The notes under the pieces are model-generated. The model did no database searches and was not told where the DNA came from. It worked only from the letters and a program-made list of their open reading frames with translations. From the NCBI GenBank assembly GCA_963737155.1, contig CAVTRN010000001.1, positions 768,001-832,000 on the forward strand: a DNA stretch of 64,000 bases, written 5' to 3'. This DNA comes from Nitrospirota bacterium (lineage in GTDB: Bacteria; Nitrospirota; UBA9217). Within the stretch, counting starts at the first letter, position 1; each line of letters begins with the position of its first letter. The translations under genes and the position numbers were made by a program. Shown one piece after another: positions 1-15,405 of this stretch.

Positions 1-1223
1 ATGGCAATCGGCTGCTGATAGATGTTCCCAGCAAATTTCATCGTGATTGGATCAAGGAGCATCACTGGGGGATACTGAGCGAGGTTATTCGCGAAGTCAC
101 CAAGAAAGAGGACATGGAAATAGAATTCTTTGTCCAGCCGCAGCAAGTGAAAAAGGCGGTGCGCCAGTCAAAGGAAGAAAAAAAAGAAGGTCGAGAGGAA
201 AAGATCGGGCTCTTTGAAAAAAAATACACGTTCAATACCTTCGTTGTCGGGCCAAGCAACCAGTTTGCTCATGCGGCGGCAAAGGCCGTAGCTGATGCTC
301 CGGGAAGGGCTTACAATCCGCTGTTCATCTACAGCGGGGTCGGGCTTGGGAAGACCCATCTCATCAATGCTGTCGGGCATTATATCCAAGGCAAATCGCC
401 GCGTACCAAAGTAGCCTACCTTTCTTCGGAACAGTTTACGAACGAACTGATCAACCGCATGAGCCACCAGCGAATGGAGGAGTTTCGTCAGAAATACCGG
501 AATATGGACGTTCTAATCATCGACGATATCCAATTCATCGCCGGCAAGGAGCGGACGCAGGAAGAGTTCTTTCACACGTTCAATGCACTCTATGAAGCGC
601 AGAAACAGATTGTGCTTACAAGCGACCGACAGCCGAAGGAAATTCCTGATATTGAAGAGCGTCTGCGCTCACGATTTGAATCTGGCTTGATTTCCGATAT
701 TCAGCCCCCCGATCTGGAAACGAGAATTGCAATTCTTAAGAAGAAAGCGGACGTCTGGGGAATCCGTCTGCCTGACGATGTGGCAGAGTTTCTCGCTGCG
801 ATGATGAAGAGCAACATACGCGAACTTGAAGGCGGACTCGTCAAACTCGGCGCCGTTTCGTCGCTGACAAATACTGAGATAACACAGGAGCTCGCAAAAA
901 ACGAACTCAAGTATATGATCGACAACAGGGATAAGATCATCACGAACGACCTTATCCAGAAGTTCGTAGCTGAATCCTTTGGAGTTAAAATTTCTGATCT
1001 GAAATCGAAACGCCGCACCAAGGCCGTAGTTTTGCCACGGCAGGTGGCGATGTATCTTTGTCGCACACTGGCGAATTCATCGCTTCCCGAGATAGGTAAT
1101 TTTTTCGGCGGCAAGGACCACAGCACCGTAATCCATGCTTGTAAAGTGATAGAAGAAAAGAAAGAGAAAAACACCGAACTTCGGTCGAGAATAGAGATGT
1201 TGATTAGGCAGATAAAGCGTTGA
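1..1223 (+). CDS. dnaA: Chromosomal replication initiator DnaA (5' end outside window)
   Basis: Frame open from base 3 (GNRLLIDVPSKFHRDWIKEH, domain I-like); YNPLFIYSGVGLGKTHL Walker A, LIIDDIQF Walker B, C-terminal GGKDHSTV DNA-binding motif. Confidence 0.99.
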   Translation, partial: GNRLLIDVPSKFHRDWIKEHHWGILSEVIREVTKKEDMEIEFFVQPQQVKKAVRQSKEEKKEGREEKIGLFEKKYTFNTFVVGPSNQFAHAAAKAVADAPGRAYNPLFIYSGVGLGKTHLINAVGHYIQGKSPRTKVAYLSSEQFTNELINRMSHQRMEEFRQKYRNMDVLIIDDIQFIAGKERTQEEFFHTFNALYEAQKQIVLTSDRQPKEIPDIEERLRSRFESGLISDIQPPDLETRIAILKKKADVWGIRLPDDVAEFLAAMMKSNIRELEGGLVKLGAVSSLTNTEITQELAKNELKYMIDNRDKIITNDLIQKFVAESFGVKISDLKSKRRTKAVVLPRQVAMYLCRTLANSSLPEIGNFFGGKDHSTVIHACKVIEEKKEKNTELRSRIEMLIRQIKR

Positions 1224-1310
1224 AATTACAAGATAAAACGTAGTAAAAAGTTATTGCTATTTATTGATGAATCTGATAGTATTGTTGGATGTGACAGGAG
1301 GCTTCCCTAG

Positions 1311-2426
1311 ATGAAATTGAAGATCAAAAAAGAGGAAATCCTGAAGGGGCTGCAGAGAATTCAGGGCGTCGTGGAAAAAAAGAACACTATGCCCATTCTC
1401 TCGAATATGCTCCTCACAGCCGATGACGGCGGTCTAGAGATCATTGCCACGGATCTGGAGATCGGGCTCCGCGGGCGCTATACGGCCGATGTCGAAAAAC
1501 CCGGTTCCGTAACCGTGTCGGCGAAGAAGATGTACGAGATCGTACGCGAGCTCCCCGCGGATGATGTGCAGATAAAAGTTGAGGAAGGTAACTGGGTAAA
1601 AATAATATCGGGGCCTTCGCAGTTCAAGCTTGTGGGACTGCCGAGGGATGAATATCCCGCACTTCCCGATGTGGCGGAAGAAGGAATGATCGCTATCGAC
1701 GGAGACATGCTCCGCGATATGATCAGGAAGACACTGTACTCAGTGGGCGAGAATGACGCCCGGTATGTGCTGAACGGTCTTTTTATGCACATGACTCAGG
1801 TAAAGGGTGGACTCAATATTCGCATGGTTGGCACTGACGGGCACCGTCTTTCCATGATTGACCGCGTTATTGACGCCAAGCACAAGGAGGAGAGCATCAT
1901 CATCCCCAAGAAAGCCATGATGGAGCTCCGGCGTCTCCTTGAGGAAGATGCACCCAAGACCGAACTCAGGCTCGGGTTCAGCAAGAATCATGCTCTCTTT
2001 AAACGCGACGGACTCGTCATGGTATCGAAGCTCATCGATGGCAACTATCCCAATTATCTCCAGGTGGTGCCGGCGAAGAGCTCGAAGAAGGTCTTGGTCT
2101 CCAAGGAAGTGATGGTCCATGCAGTCAAGAGGGTGTCGATCCTGTCCAAGGAAAAGACTAACGCCGTCAAGCTGCAGCTCGAGAAAGAACGTATCATTCT
2201 CTCGACGAACAACCCGGAAATCGGGGAAGCGAGCGAAGAACTAGCCGTGGATTACACAGGTGAAGAAATTGCCATCGGTTTCAACTCCCGCTACCTCATT
2301 GATGTGCTCATGTCGATTGACCGAGAACATATTGCGATTGAACTCAACGACCCCCTGAGCCCGTGCCTCATAACTGAGGATGGCGACGAGCATTATAAGT
2401 GCGTGGTCATGCCCATGAGGGTTTAG
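1311..2426 (+). CDS. dnaN: DNA polymerase III beta clamp
   Basis: ATDLEI, TDGHRL, C-terminal VVMPMR; follows dnaA; SD CAGGAGG. Confidence 0.99.
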   Translation: MKLKIKKEEILKGLQRIQGVVEKKNTMPILSNMLLTADDGGLEIIATDLEIGLRGRYTADVEKPGSVTVSAKKMYEIVRELPADDVQIKVEEGNWVKIISGPSQFKLVGLPRDEYPALPDVAEEGMIAIDGDMLRDMIRKTLYSVGENDARYVLNGLFMHMTQVKGGLNIRMVGTDGHRLSMIDRVIDAKHKEESIIIPKKAMMELRRLLEEDAPKTELRLGFSKNHALFKRDGLVMVSKLIDGNYPNYLQVVPAKSSKKVLVSKEVMVHAVKRVSILSKEKTNAVKLQLEKERIILSTNNPEIGEASEELAVDYTGEEIAIGFNSRYLIDVLMSIDREHIAIELNDPLSPCLITEDGDEHYKCVVMPMRV

Positions 2427-2485
2427 CCACAGGCGTATGACGAAGAGGGACTTGATTGCTAGTGGACACATGAATTTAAATGTAA

Positions 2486-4969
<2,484 letters not shown>

Positions 4970-5607
4970 CAGCGTGGAATTCAAGTAGCGGCTGGTTTTG
5001 GTCTGCGATGGATCAGAACTCTGGCGGTGCGAGGTTGCATGGGCGAACGGTTTGTACGAAAGGGCGTTTGCCGGACCTATCTAAAATCAAGGAAAACCGA
5101 CTTTTTTGATTGTCCAAAATACCGGAAGATTTCATCGCAGCCATTGAAAAAACGCTTGCGAAGAGAACGGGATGGAAGGGAAAATCGACTAAAAGTACTG
5201 CTTGCGCTTTTCAACAAAAATGAATTGCGCCGCCTGCTAGTCGACACGTATGCGCTTGTCTTTCATTGATCGCCGCGATTCACCAGCGTTCTGGATATCT
5301 CGACAACCGGGACGAGTGATGTGCATTTATAATCATGCTAAGTGAAAGAATAGTTCGGATTTTGGCGTCCCGGGATTGAAGGTCGATGATTTCGCAGTCC
5401 CAGAGAGGGTTGGTCAATACGCATGCCGCCGGTCCGAATCGACACTGTACCATAGATCACCGGCATAGCATGGAGAAAAGGCATACTCAAGCCTGATGCG
5501 GATTCGTTCGATGCCATTTCCTACATCGGGAAGGACGAGTCCATTTGAAATAAGCACGCGCACTGGCAGAAAGACCTTGCTGATGCTCTCGGCGAGGATT
5601 TATCTTT

Positions 5608-8100
5608 ATGGAACCACTTGAAATAAAGTCGCAGATTAATATAGAGCAGGAGATGAAGACCTCCTACCTCGACTACTCTATGAGCGTGATCGTTGGCCGG
5701 GCGTTGCCCGACGTGCGCGATGGGCTTAAGCCTGTGCACCGACGCATTCTTTATGCAATGTTCCGTGAAGGACTCCTGCATAACAAAAAGTACTCCAAAA
5801 GCGCAGGTGTTGTAGGCGAAGTGCTGAAGAAATACCACCCCCATGGAGACAGCGCAGTCTATGATACCATGGTCAGGATGGCCCAGGACTTCAACATGCG
5901 TTACACCCTGGTGGACGGCCAGGGAAACTTCGGGTCCGTAGACGGCGATCCAGCTGCGGCCTATCGCTATACCGAGGCGCGGCTCACGAAGCTTGCCGAA
6001 GAGCTTCTTACTGATATCGACAAAGAGACGGTGGACTTTGTACCGAATTTCGATGACACCACGACGGAACCCTCAGTGCTTCCCACACGCGTGCCGAATC
6101 TCCTGATCAACGGTTCGGCAGGCATCGCCGTGGGCATGGCCACAAACATCCCGCCCCATAATCTCTCGGAAATCGTCGACGGGCTCTTGATGATGATCGA
6201 CACTCCCGAGGTCACGATTCCGGAGCTTATGACCGTGATCAAAGGGCCGGATTTTCCCACTGCCGGTTTCATACACGGCTATGAAGGAATCAAGCAGGCT
6301 TACATGACCGGCCGGGGCATCGTTCAGATGCGCGCCCGGGCAACGATAGAAGAAGGCAAGGGAGACCGAGAAAGCATCATCGTAACGGAACTTCCCTACC
6401 AGGTGAACAAGGCCCGGCTGCTCGAACGGATCGCTGAACTAGTGCAGGACAAGAAGATTACCGGCATATCCGAGATTCGCGATGAATCGGACCGTGAAGG
6501 AATGCGCATCGCAATAGACCTGAAGAAGGGCGAAATCGCGACGGTTATCCTGAATCAGCTCTACAAGCATACGGCAATGCAGTCTACGTTTGGCGTAATC
6601 ATGCTTGCCTTGGTAAACAACCAGCCGAGGGTGCTGAACCTTCGTAAACTCCTGTCGAACTTTATCCAACATCGCAGGGAGGTGGTTGTTCGCAGGACAA
6701 AATACGACCTGAAAAAAGCAGAAGAACGCGCGCATATCCTACTAGGTCTCAAGATCGCTCTCGAAAACCTTGATGCGGTTATCGCCCTCATTAAAGCCTC
6801 AGCAAACCCCGACGAGGCTAAATTAGGGTTGGTGCGGGAATTCAAACTTTCCGAAATACAGGCCCAAGCCATCCTTGATATGCGGCTTCAAAGACTTACA
6901 GGCCTCGAGCGCGATAAAATTATTACCGAATATGAGGAAGTGCTCAGAGAGATTGTGAGATTGAACGAGATTCTTGCTTCCGACGCATTGGTCATGAAAA
7001 TTATAAGAGATGAGCTGCTCGCGATCAAAGCGGAATACGGAGACCCGCGCCGAACCGAGATCGTGGCGCAAACCTCGGAAATCGACATCGAGGACCTGAT
7101 CAAGGATGAAGAGATGGTGATCACCATCTCTCATGCTGGCTACATTAAGCGTAATCCGCTTACGACCTATCGCGCTCAGAAACGCGGCGGCAAGGGCAAA
7201 ATCGGCATGGAGACGAAGGAAGAGGATTTCGTCGAACGGCTCTTTACCGCCACGGCGCACAGCTACATCCTTTTTTTCACGAACAGGGGCAGAGTATACT
7301 GGCTCAAGGTCCATCAGATACCTGAGGCAAGCAGACAGGCGAAGGGAAAGGCCATCGTCAATTTGATCCAGATAAGCCAGAACGAGCGTGTAACGGCGGC
7401 GCTTCCGGTACGAGCATTTACGCCGGACCACTTTGTTCTCATGGCGACCAAGCAGGGCATCGTAAAAAAAACGGAGCTCGAATCTTATAGCCATCCCCGG
7501 CCTTCGGGCATTATTGCAATCACCCTTGAGGAAGGGGATGAGCTCATCTCCGCTGAAGTAACAGACGGTAATTGCGACGTGTTCCTTGGGACGAAAGATG
7601 GCCTCTCGATCCGCTTTACCGAGGAGGATGTGCGCGAGATCGGACGGACGGGCAAGGGTGTGATTGGAATCAGGCTTGACGAAGGTAACGAGGTCAAGGG
7701 GATGGAGATTGTGCGTGATGATTCGACGATTCTCACTGTGACCGAGAAAGGTTATGGGAAGAGGAGCACGCTTGAAGATTACCGCAGCCAGGGCCGTGGC
7801 GGCAAAGGCATCATAACCATCAAGACCACTGAGAAAAACGGCCGGGTCATTGGTCTGGCCCAGGTATCTGGGGAAGACGAGATTATTCTTATTACCTCGA
7901 ACGGAAAAGTGCTGCGTATCCGGGCCGGGGATATATCTGTGCAGGGCCGGAATACCCAAGGTGTGCGTCTCTTCGATATTGAGGAGGGAGATAAGGTTGT
8001 CAGCTTCGCCAGGGTCGTTGAGCGGGAAGACGTGAAGGAGGAGGCGAGTGAGAAAGGTGTACCCGAGCCACCGGCCGGCCAGGATTCCGGCGTGTCATGA
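5608..8100 (+). CDS. gyrA: DNA gyrase subunit A
   Basis: [29 protein letters not shown] catalytic Tyr, GyrA box QKRGGKG. Confidence 0.99.
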   Translation: MEPLEIKSQINIEQEMKTSYLDYSMSVIVGRALPDVRDGLKPVHRRILYAMFREGLLHNKKYSKSAGVVGEVLKKYHPHGDSAVYDTMVRMAQDFNMRYTLVDGQGNFGSVDGDPAAAYRYTEARLTKLAEELLTDIDKETVDFVPNFDDTTTEPSVLPTRVPNLLINGSAGIAVGMATNIPPHNLSEIVDGLLMMIDTPEVTIPELMTVIKGPDFPTAGFIHGYEGIKQAYMTGRGIVQMRARATIEEGKGDRESIIVTELPYQVNKARLLERIAELVQDKKITGISEIRDESDREGMRIAIDLKKGEIATVILNQLYKHTAMQSTFGVIMLALVNNQPRVLNLRKLLSNFIQHRREVVVRRTKYDLKKAEERAHILLGLKIALENLDAVIALIKASANPDEAKLGLVREFKLSEIQAQAILDMRLQRLTGLERDKIITEYEEVLREIVRLNEILASDALVMKIIRDELLAIKAEYGDPRRTEIVAQTSEIDIEDLIKDEEMVITISHAGYIKRNPLTTYRAQKRGGKGKIGMETKEEDFVERLFTATAHSYILFFTNRGRVYWLKVHQIPEASRQAKGKAIVNLIQISQNERVTAALPVRAFTPDHFVLMATKQGIVKKTELESYSHPRPSGIIAITLEEGDELISAEVTDGNCDVFLGTKDGLSIRFTEEDVREIGRTGKGVIGIRLDEGNEVKGMEIVRDDSTILTVTEKGYGKRSTLEDYRSQGRGGKGIITIKTTEKNGRVIGLAQVSGEDEIILITSNGKVLRIRAGDISVQGRNTQGVRLFDIEEGDKVVSFARVVEREDVKEEASEKGVPEPPAGQDSGVS

Positions 8101-8885
8101 AAAAAGCTCTTCTGGTTATCCTGATCGGATTTCTCTTGACGGGATGCGATGTTTTTGACAAGGCCGCGAACGAGAAGTATGAAGCCGCAACCAAATGCTG
8201 GAATGCGAGGGATTACCAGACCGCCGTGAAGTTATACTTCGAGCTTGTGAAAGAGCATCCTTCGAGCCCGAAGGCGGATGATGCGCTCTACTGGGCAGGG
8301 GTAACACAGTTTCTTTATCTTGGCGAAACTGACAAAGCGCTCCAGACGCTTCGGCTTCTGCTCAAGACCTATCCAAACCGAGAAAGGGCGCCGCACGCAC
8401 AATGGTATATCGCGCAGATCTATGAATTGGGTTACAACGACTATGAACGGGCGATAAAGGAATATCAGGCGGCTGCTGCCTACACGAACCCTGAAGTACG
8501 GGAAAAGAGCCTCTACAGCCTTGCGGAATGCCAATTCCGGGTGGGAAGGATTGAAGAGGCGAAGGAGACCTGGACGAAACAGGTGGCCGAGTTTCCAAAC
8601 GGGTCGCAGTCGCGTATTGCCTACTTCCGCCTCGGTACGGCGGCATTTTCAAAAGGCGACCTCGATGCTTCAGAGCAGTATTACCGGAAAGCTTTAGAAC
8701 AAAATACGGACAAGGAACTGGTGATTAAGACGAAATTTGCCCTTGCCGAGTGCCTTGAGCTCGGCGGTAAACTGAAAGACGCACTCGCGCTCTATAAAGA
8801 GATTGAACCGCTATATCCGAATCCCGAGGCCATCCAGATCAAGATTAAGGCACTCGAGAACAGGATTGTCAAGAAAAGTTATTGA
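8097..8885 (+). CDS. TPR-repeat lipoprotein (BamD/CpoB-like)
   Basis: Lipobox LTGC, repeated TPR-like helices, ATGA overlap with the gyrA stop. Confidence 0.8.
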   Translation: MKKALLVILIGFLLTGCDVFDKAANEKYEAATKCWNARDYQTAVKLYFELVKEHPSSPKADDALYWAGVTQFLYLGETDKALQTLRLLLKTYPNRERAPHAQWYIAQIYELGYNDYERAIKEYQAAAAYTNPEVREKSLYSLAECQFRVGRIEEAKETWTKQVAEFPNGSQSRIAYFRLGTAAFSKGDLDASEQYYRKALEQNTDKELVIKTKFALAECLELGGKLKDALALYKEIEPLYPNPEAIQIKIKALENRIVKKSY

Positions 8886-8912
8886 CAATGTAGAAGGAGA
8901 ATGATAACCTAA

Positions 8913-10199
<1,287 letters not shown>

Positions 10200-10277
10200 G
10201 TTTTTTAGTTGAGAGTTTATGGACGCGAAGAATTAGTATCCAAGAAACTCTTAAAACGCGACGGACTTGCGAAACAC

Positions 10278-10363
<86 letters not shown>

Positions 10364-10429
10364 TACATAATGAAAGAACGGTTAAACAGTCTGAATGATT
10401 TGAGCGGTTGAGAAAATAATGATGAATAT

Positions 10430-10519
10430 GGAGAGGTGGCCGAGCGGCTGAAGGCAGCTGCCTGCTAAGCAGTTGTGGGGGTAACTCCACCCCGGGTTCG
10501 AATCCCGGCCTCTCCGCCA
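10430..10519 (+). tRNA. tRNA-Ser(GCT)
   Basis: CT-GCT-AA loop, long variable arm, T-loop, CCA. Confidence 0.97.
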
Positions 10520-10596
10520 GTTTCAAGAAAGCTTATAAGCAGCAGCCAACGGAACACTGTAAAAATATTTTTATCATTTTCAGGAGGGTATTTCCC

Positions 10597-11139
10597 ATGC
10601 TAAAAAGATCCATCGCCTTTATTGCTGTATTTGTTCTGGTTCTATCATTCGGAGCATGCAAGAAAAAAGAAGAGACGCCCCAGTTGCCATCAGGTCAACC
10701 GAGTGTCGGAGGGGGAATGCCCCCGGCCGGCATGCCGCCAGCGGGTATGCCGCCAGCCGTTGCGCCGAACTTACCAACGGTCGAGCGGCAAGTTGTGGTT
10801 TCGAAAGAAGTAAAGGCGAAGTGGAAGGCAGTGACACTGGCAGTTGAAGACAAAACATCCATGAAGACCAAAGAATATACCATAAACATCGGATCCCAGT
10901 TTGCCATCCCCGGCACCAAGTTGGTTGTTAAGGTGCTCAATTTCCTGCCGGACTTCAAAATGTCCGACAAGGAGTTTATGTCTCCTACGGATAAGCCGAA
11001 CATGCCCGCGGTGCAGATTTTTGTTTCCGAGAATGGGAAGGAGATTTGGAGAAACTGGCTGTTCTCGTTGCAGCCCACAGTTCATCCCTTCCAGCATGAG
11101 AAGATCGGCATCACGCTTGTGGGCGGTGTTCCCAGGTAG
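10597..11139 (+). CDS. Lipoprotein with Pro/Met-rich linker (DUF2155-like)
   Basis: Lipobox FGAC-KKKEE, GMPPA x3 linker, C-terminal WRNWLFS..HPFQH; SD AGGAGG; the family name is recalled, not searched. Confidence 0.65.
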   Translation: MLKRSIAFIAVFVLVLSFGACKKKEETPQLPSGQPSVGGGMPPAGMPPAGMPPAVAPNLPTVERQVVVSKEVKAKWKAVTLAVEDKTSMKTKEYTINIGSQFAIPGTKLVVKVLNFLPDFKMSDKEFMSPTDKPNMPAVQIFVSENGKEIWRNWLFSLQPTVHPFQHEKIGITLVGGVPR

Positions 11140-11184
11140 TTTCAGATTTCGGTGTTACTAGCTCATGCGCAGATGCGTTTTTTT

Positions 11185-11261
11185 GCGCCCATAGCTCAGC
11201 TGGATAGAGCAACGGACTACGAATCCGTAGGCCAGAGGTTCGAATCCTCTTGGGCGCACCA
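11185..11261 (+). tRNA. tRNA-Arg(ACG)
   Basis: GCGCCCA acceptor stem, CT-ACG-AA loop, GGTTCGAATCC, CCA. Confidence 0.97.
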
Positions 11262-11303
11262 TCTATCCTGAACAGAATTATTATCCGAGCGCAGGAAAGG
11301 GAA

Positions 11304-11798
11304 ATGGGACAGGGGCGGAGGACAGACGAGGATTTCATGACCCTGGCCTTGGCAGAGGCGCACAAGGCTGATGCTTTGGGTGAAACGCCGGTCGGAGCCG
11401 TACTTATCATCGGCGATGAGGTTATTTCCTCGGCCCACAATATGCGCGAGACATGGCAGGACCCCGCAGCCCATGCCGAACTGCTTGCAGTACGCGAGGC
11501 AGCGACCAGGCTCGGAAGGTGGCGGCTTTCGGACGCAACTCTATATGTGACTCTTGAGCCATGCCTGATGTGTTCTGGCGTCTTAGTGCTTGCGAGAGTC
11601 GGAAGGCTGGTGTATGGTTGCCGCGATTCCAAGGCTGGCGCGCTCGGATCGGTATACGATGTCGTGCGAGACGGCAGGCTGAACCATACCTATCGGATAA
11701 CACCCGGCATTCTGGAGGCGGAATGCCGTCAGGTACTTCAAAACTTTTTTGAAAAAGTTAGAAATAAGCCCCTTGGATCGAAGGCATCGAGGGTGTGA
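11304..11798 (+). CDS. tadA: tRNA adenosine(34) deaminase
   Basis: HAE and EPCLMC zinc motifs, PVGAV; start moved to ATG 11304 because the ORF-track start lies inside the tRNA. Confidence 0.95.
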   Translation: MGQGRRTDEDFMTLALAEAHKADALGETPVGAVLIIGDEVISSAHNMRETWQDPAAHAELLAVREAATRLGRWRLSDATLYVTLEPCLMCSGVLVLARVGRLVYGCRDSKAGALGSVYDVVRDGRLNHTYRITPGILEAECRQVLQNFFEKVRNKPLGSKASRV

Positions 11799-11865
11799 TG
11801 GGGCAACGGCTTGAAGACTCGGCACGCTTATGTAACTTCAGAACCGTAAGTTATTGATGAAACCC

Positions 11866-11955
11866 GGAGAGGTGGCCGAGCGGCTGAAGGCGGCAGTCTC
11901 GAAAACTGTTGTGGGGGTAACTCCACCGGGGGTTCAAATCCCCCCCTCTCCGCCA
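11866..11955 (+). tRNA. tRNA-Ser(CGA)
   Basis: CT-CGA-AA loop, long variable arm, CCA. Confidence 0.97.
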
Positions 11956-12006
11956 TACACCAAAAAGATTTAAACGGTTCATGCGGTCGAACAAAATGAA
12001 GATCAC

Positions 12007-12094
12007 GGAGAGGTGGCCGAGCGGCTGAAGGCGCACGCTTGGAAAGCGTGTTTAGGGAAACCTAACGTGGGTTCAAATCCCACCCTCTCCGCCA
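12007..12094 (+). tRNA. tRNA-Ser(GGA)
   Basis: TT-GGA-AA loop, long variable arm, CCA. Confidence 0.97.
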
Positions 12095-12192
12095 TATTTA
12101 AAAAAAGTTCATAGTTTAGAGTAAGAGTTAAAATGATTATAAATGATTTTACCTTAAGCATTGAACCCTAAACAACGTGCTATTTTATAAGC

Positions 12193-12305
12193 GCTCATGA
12201 GCCCGGGTCCTGCGCAACCACGGTCCCGTGAACCCCGTCAGGTCCGGAAGGAAGCAGCGGTAAGCGGGGTCCGGGTGTGCCGCAGGGGCACCCGGGTTCA
12301 TGAGC
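12193..12305 (+). ncRNA. ffs: Signal recognition particle RNA (small bacterial type)
   Basis: Helix-8 signature TCAGGTCCGGAAGGAAGCAGC; ends pair (GCTCATGAGCCCGGG / CCCGGGTTCATGAGC); upstream of dnaX. Confidence 0.95.
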
Positions 12306-12491
12306 TTTTTATTTTTTAAAAGCGGAGACAAAAAACAAAAATGAAAAAATTGATGGGACAATGGTTGAACCCAGCTTATATCAGGATAATCTATGAATAG
12401 ATTTTTCCCGTGAAGTTGTGATTTTTTCCCCTCATCGATTTCTATGTTCATCAGTAGTTACTAGGCACTGCCAGGTTGTTGCGAGGGCGCT

Positions 12492-14150
12492 ATGAGTTAC
12501 CAGGTGCTGGCTAGAAAATGGAGGCCCCAGGTTTTCGATGATGTTGTTGGTCAGGGGCACATCACGAGAACGCTCCAAAACGCGATTGTTTCGAGACGAC
12601 TCGCCCATGCATTCCTGTTCTCGGGCCCTCGAGGCGTGGGAAAAACCACCACGGCTCGTATCCTTGCCAAAGCGTTGAACTGCAGTCAGGGTCCGACACC
12701 GACACCCTGCGGCAAATGCGATTCCTGTCTCGAAACCGCAGCCGGTACCTCGGTGGATGTCGTTGAGATCGACGGCGCATCGAATAGGGGCATTGAGCAC
12801 ATCCGCGAACTGCGCGAGGCTGTTAAATATGCTCCTGTCGGCGGCAAGTACAAGGTCTACGTGATCGACGAGGTCCATATGCTCACGAACGAGGCCTTCA
12901 ACGCCCTGCTCAAGACGCTTGAAGAACCGCCGCCCCACGTCATTTTCATTTTTGCCACAACGGAACCGCAAAAAATACCCGCAACGATTCACTCCCGCTG
13001 CCAGCGCTACGGGTTCAAGCGTGTGTCGCTTCTCGAAATCATCGGGAGGCTTCGCACAATCGCCGAAGCGGAGGGCATAAAAATTACGGACCGGGGCCTT
13101 TCAATGATTGCACGCGCGGCGGAAGGCAGTATGCGGGACTCGCAGAGTCTCCTGGATCAGGCGGTTTCATATAGTGGGATGGAGATCAACGATGGTGATC
13201 TCCAGGCCACTCTTGGTACTGTAGCCCAAGAGCGTCTGCTACAATTTGCAGACAGTCTCTTAGCAAGGGATGCCAGCGATCTCCTCAAGCAAGTTGATGC
13301 TCTGATGGAGCAGGGGCAGGATATGCGCCAGTTTCTTACCGGGATGGTGGAGCATCTGAGAAATCTGATGATTGTGAAAATTACGTCTGATCCGGGCCAA
13401 ATCATGGAGCTTTCCGCAGCCGATATCGAAGCCATAAGGCGACAGGCTGAAAAGGCCGAAGCAGAACAACTGCTTATGCTTTTTGACAGTCTTTCAAAAA
13501 CGCTCGACGATATGCGCTGGTCGCCCCATCAGAGATTTACTCTTGAAATCGGCCTCATCAAAGCCTGCAGTCTTGCTCCGCTTCAGCCGCTTGCAGAAGT
13601 GCTTGGCCGCATAAAAGAACTCGAGACACGGCTCGAATCGGGCAAGCAGGTTTTGACGGTTCCCGCAGGAGCGCCAACACATACGACGCGAGGGGGGCGT
13701 GAATCGCCTCAATCTTTTGTCCGGCCTGTAGTACGCTCGTCAGCGGCCCCTCTTTCCCCGTCAGCAGCATCGGGCTGCGAACAGGGTGATGTTTGGGGCG
13801 TGATCATGAAAGTGCTCAAATCCAAAAAGCCGGGCCTTGCCTCTTTTTTGGAGGATAGCACACTGCTTGAAGATGCCGATACGACTTTAGTCCTCGGCGT
13901 GAAAGGTGTTTTTCAGGTTAGTCAGGCAGAAAAGCGGGAAAATCTCGACATTATCGAGCAAGCAGTCCTAGAGGTTCTGGGCAGAAAAGTTCAGGTGAAG
14001 GTCAAGCCTCTTGGAGATACGCTGAGGAGCGTTGTCAAACCGAAAAGCTCCAAAAAGATCAGACCAGAAGAGCAGGATCCCGTTGTCCAGGATATTCTTC
14101 GCGTTTTTCCACAGGGTGAAATCATAGAACATGACAACTCTACTGACTGA
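12492..14150 (+). CDS. dnaX: DNA polymerase III gamma/tau
   Basis: LARKWRP, GPRGVGKTT, PCGKCDSC, IDEVHML, SRCQR. Confidence 0.98.
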   Translation: MSYQVLARKWRPQVFDDVVGQGHITRTLQNAIVSRRLAHAFLFSGPRGVGKTTTARILAKALNCSQGPTPTPCGKCDSCLETAAGTSVDVVEIDGASNRGIEHIRELREAVKYAPVGGKYKVYVIDEVHMLTNEAFNALLKTLEEPPPHVIFIFATTEPQKIPATIHSRCQRYGFKRVSLLEIIGRLRTIAEAEGIKITDRGLSMIARAAEGSMRDSQSLLDQAVSYSGMEINDGDLQATLGTVAQERLLQFADSLLARDASDLLKQVDALMEQGQDMRQFLTGMVEHLRNLMIVKITSDPGQIMELSAADIEAIRRQAEKAEAEQLLMLFDSLSKTLDDMRWSPHQRFTLEIGLIKACSLAPLQPLAEVLGRIKELETRLESGKQVLTVPAGAPTHTTRGGRESPQSFVRPVVRSSAAPLSPSAASGCEQGDVWGVIMKVLKSKKPGLASFLEDSTLLEDADTTLVLGVKGVFQVSQAEKRENLDIIEQAVLEVLGRKVQVKVKPLGDTLRSVVKPKSSKKIRPEEQDPVVQDILRVFPQGEIIEHDNSTD

Positions 14151-14290
14151 CAACTCCCTGCAGCTGCAACCAGCCATTTAATTTTTTTATACAGCAATAA
14201 ATTTCGCAATTTTTGTTGCAAAACCGAAAAATTTCTTTTAATATATTCTCCCTTAACAGTTTTTAAAATATCTTTTAATCAGGATATCCT

Positions 14291-14611
14291 ATGTCAAAAA
14301 ATATGCTCAGCAACATCATGAAACAGGCCCAGCAGATGCAGGAGCGGGTTAAAAAGCTCCAAGAGGAAGCTGGAGGAAAAACCGTGGAGGCTTCTTCCGG
14401 TGGCGGTATGGTGACCGTCGTTTCCAATGGCAGGCAGGAAGTCCTTTCCATTAAAATAGACGCCTCGGTAGTCGACCCAAAGGATATTGAAATGCTTCAG
14501 GATCTGGTCACTGCCGCGGTAAACGAGGCGCTCAGAAAATCTCAGGACCTGATGAAGGAAGAAATGTCCAAACTGACTTCAGGCATGGGGATTCCGCCCG
14601 GTTTGTTTTAG
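14291..14611 (+). CDS. ybaB: YbaB/EbfC nucleoid-associated protein
   Basis: MKQAQQMQ..GGGMVTV..EMLQDL; between dnaX and recR. Confidence 0.95.
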   Translation: MSKNMLSNIMKQAQQMQERVKKLQEEAGGKTVEASSGGGMVTVVSNGRQEVLSIKIDASVVDPKDIEMLQDLVTAAVNEALRKSQDLMKEEMSKLTSGMGIPPGLF

Positions 14612-14711
14612 CACAGGGTTATACATGGAGCGCGGCGCACAGGACAGGGCAGCAGTAAATGAGCAAACGTCCCGGACTTCCCCGCAGGAACGAAAACAGG
14701 GGAGGGTCGGC

Positions 14712-15320
14712 GTGCAAGCTGTTGAAGTCTCGGGTAAGGCACTCGGTAGGATGGTCGAGGCTTTCATGAAGCTGCCCGGGATTGGCAGAAAGAGCGCCGA
14801 GCGGCTCGCCTTTGCTGTCCTCAGCATGCCGCAGAGCGAGGCTGCGGGCATAGCGCAGGCTATCCTAGACCTAAAAAATAACACTCGGTATTGCTCTGTA
14901 TGCAGTAATATTACCGAGGATGAGTTGTGTAGCATATGCCGCGATGAAAAGCGCGACAGCACTCGCATATGTGTTGTTGAAGAGCCGAGCAATATTCTTG
15001 TTCTTGAAAAAAACGGCATCTTCCGGGGACGCTATCATGCGCTACTCGGTGCCATCTCTCCGCTCGATGGTATTGGCCCGGAAGACCTTAAAATCGACGC
15101 CCTCATGGATCGCTTGAAGTCTGGCTTGGTCAGGGAAGTCATCATCGCGACGAATCCCACGGTAAAGGGCGAAACAACGGCGCTCTATCTTTCCAAATTG
15201 ATCAAACCTCTCGGGATCAGTGTCAGCCGGATCGCCTATGGCCTTCCGGTCGGCGGTGATATTGAGTACGCCGACGAGAATACCGTCCAGCGGGCGCTCG
15301 AAGGCCGGCGGGAAATGTGA
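14712..15320 (+). CDS. recR: Recombination mediator RecR
   Basis: LPGIGRKSAER HhH, CSVC..CSIC zinc finger, Toprim domain; GTG 14712 follows GGAGG (ORF open from 14625). Confidence 0.96.
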   Translation: MQAVEVSGKALGRMVEAFMKLPGIGRKSAERLAFAVLSMPQSEAAGIAQAILDLKNNTRYCSVCSNITEDELCSICRDEKRDSTRICVVEEPSNILVLEKNGIFRGRYHALLGAISPLDGIGPEDLKIDALMDRLKSGLVREVIIATNPTVKGETTALYLSKLIKPLGISVSRIAYGLPVGGDIEYADENTVQRALEGRREM

Positions 15321-15405
15321 TTTAATGGCTGACTTCGGATAGTGGAGTGCAGATTGAACAATAAATCCGAAATCGCAATCCGAAATTGAGCAGGAGGACA
15401 AATCC

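Noticed and set aside
6823-7959. 378-aa minus-strand ORF
   Set aside because: Antisense shadow of gyrA with no recognisable motifs
8882-8910. TTGACA-N17-TAACCT promoter before serS
   Set aside because: The predicted start site would fall inside the serS coding start, so it is unsupported
10712-10760. 15-bp tandem repeat
   Set aside because: Coding GMPPA linker repeat within a lipoprotein
13600-14100. dnaX gamma/tau -1 frameshift signal
   Set aside because: Only A5G runs seen; no AAAAAAG heptamer or long A tract
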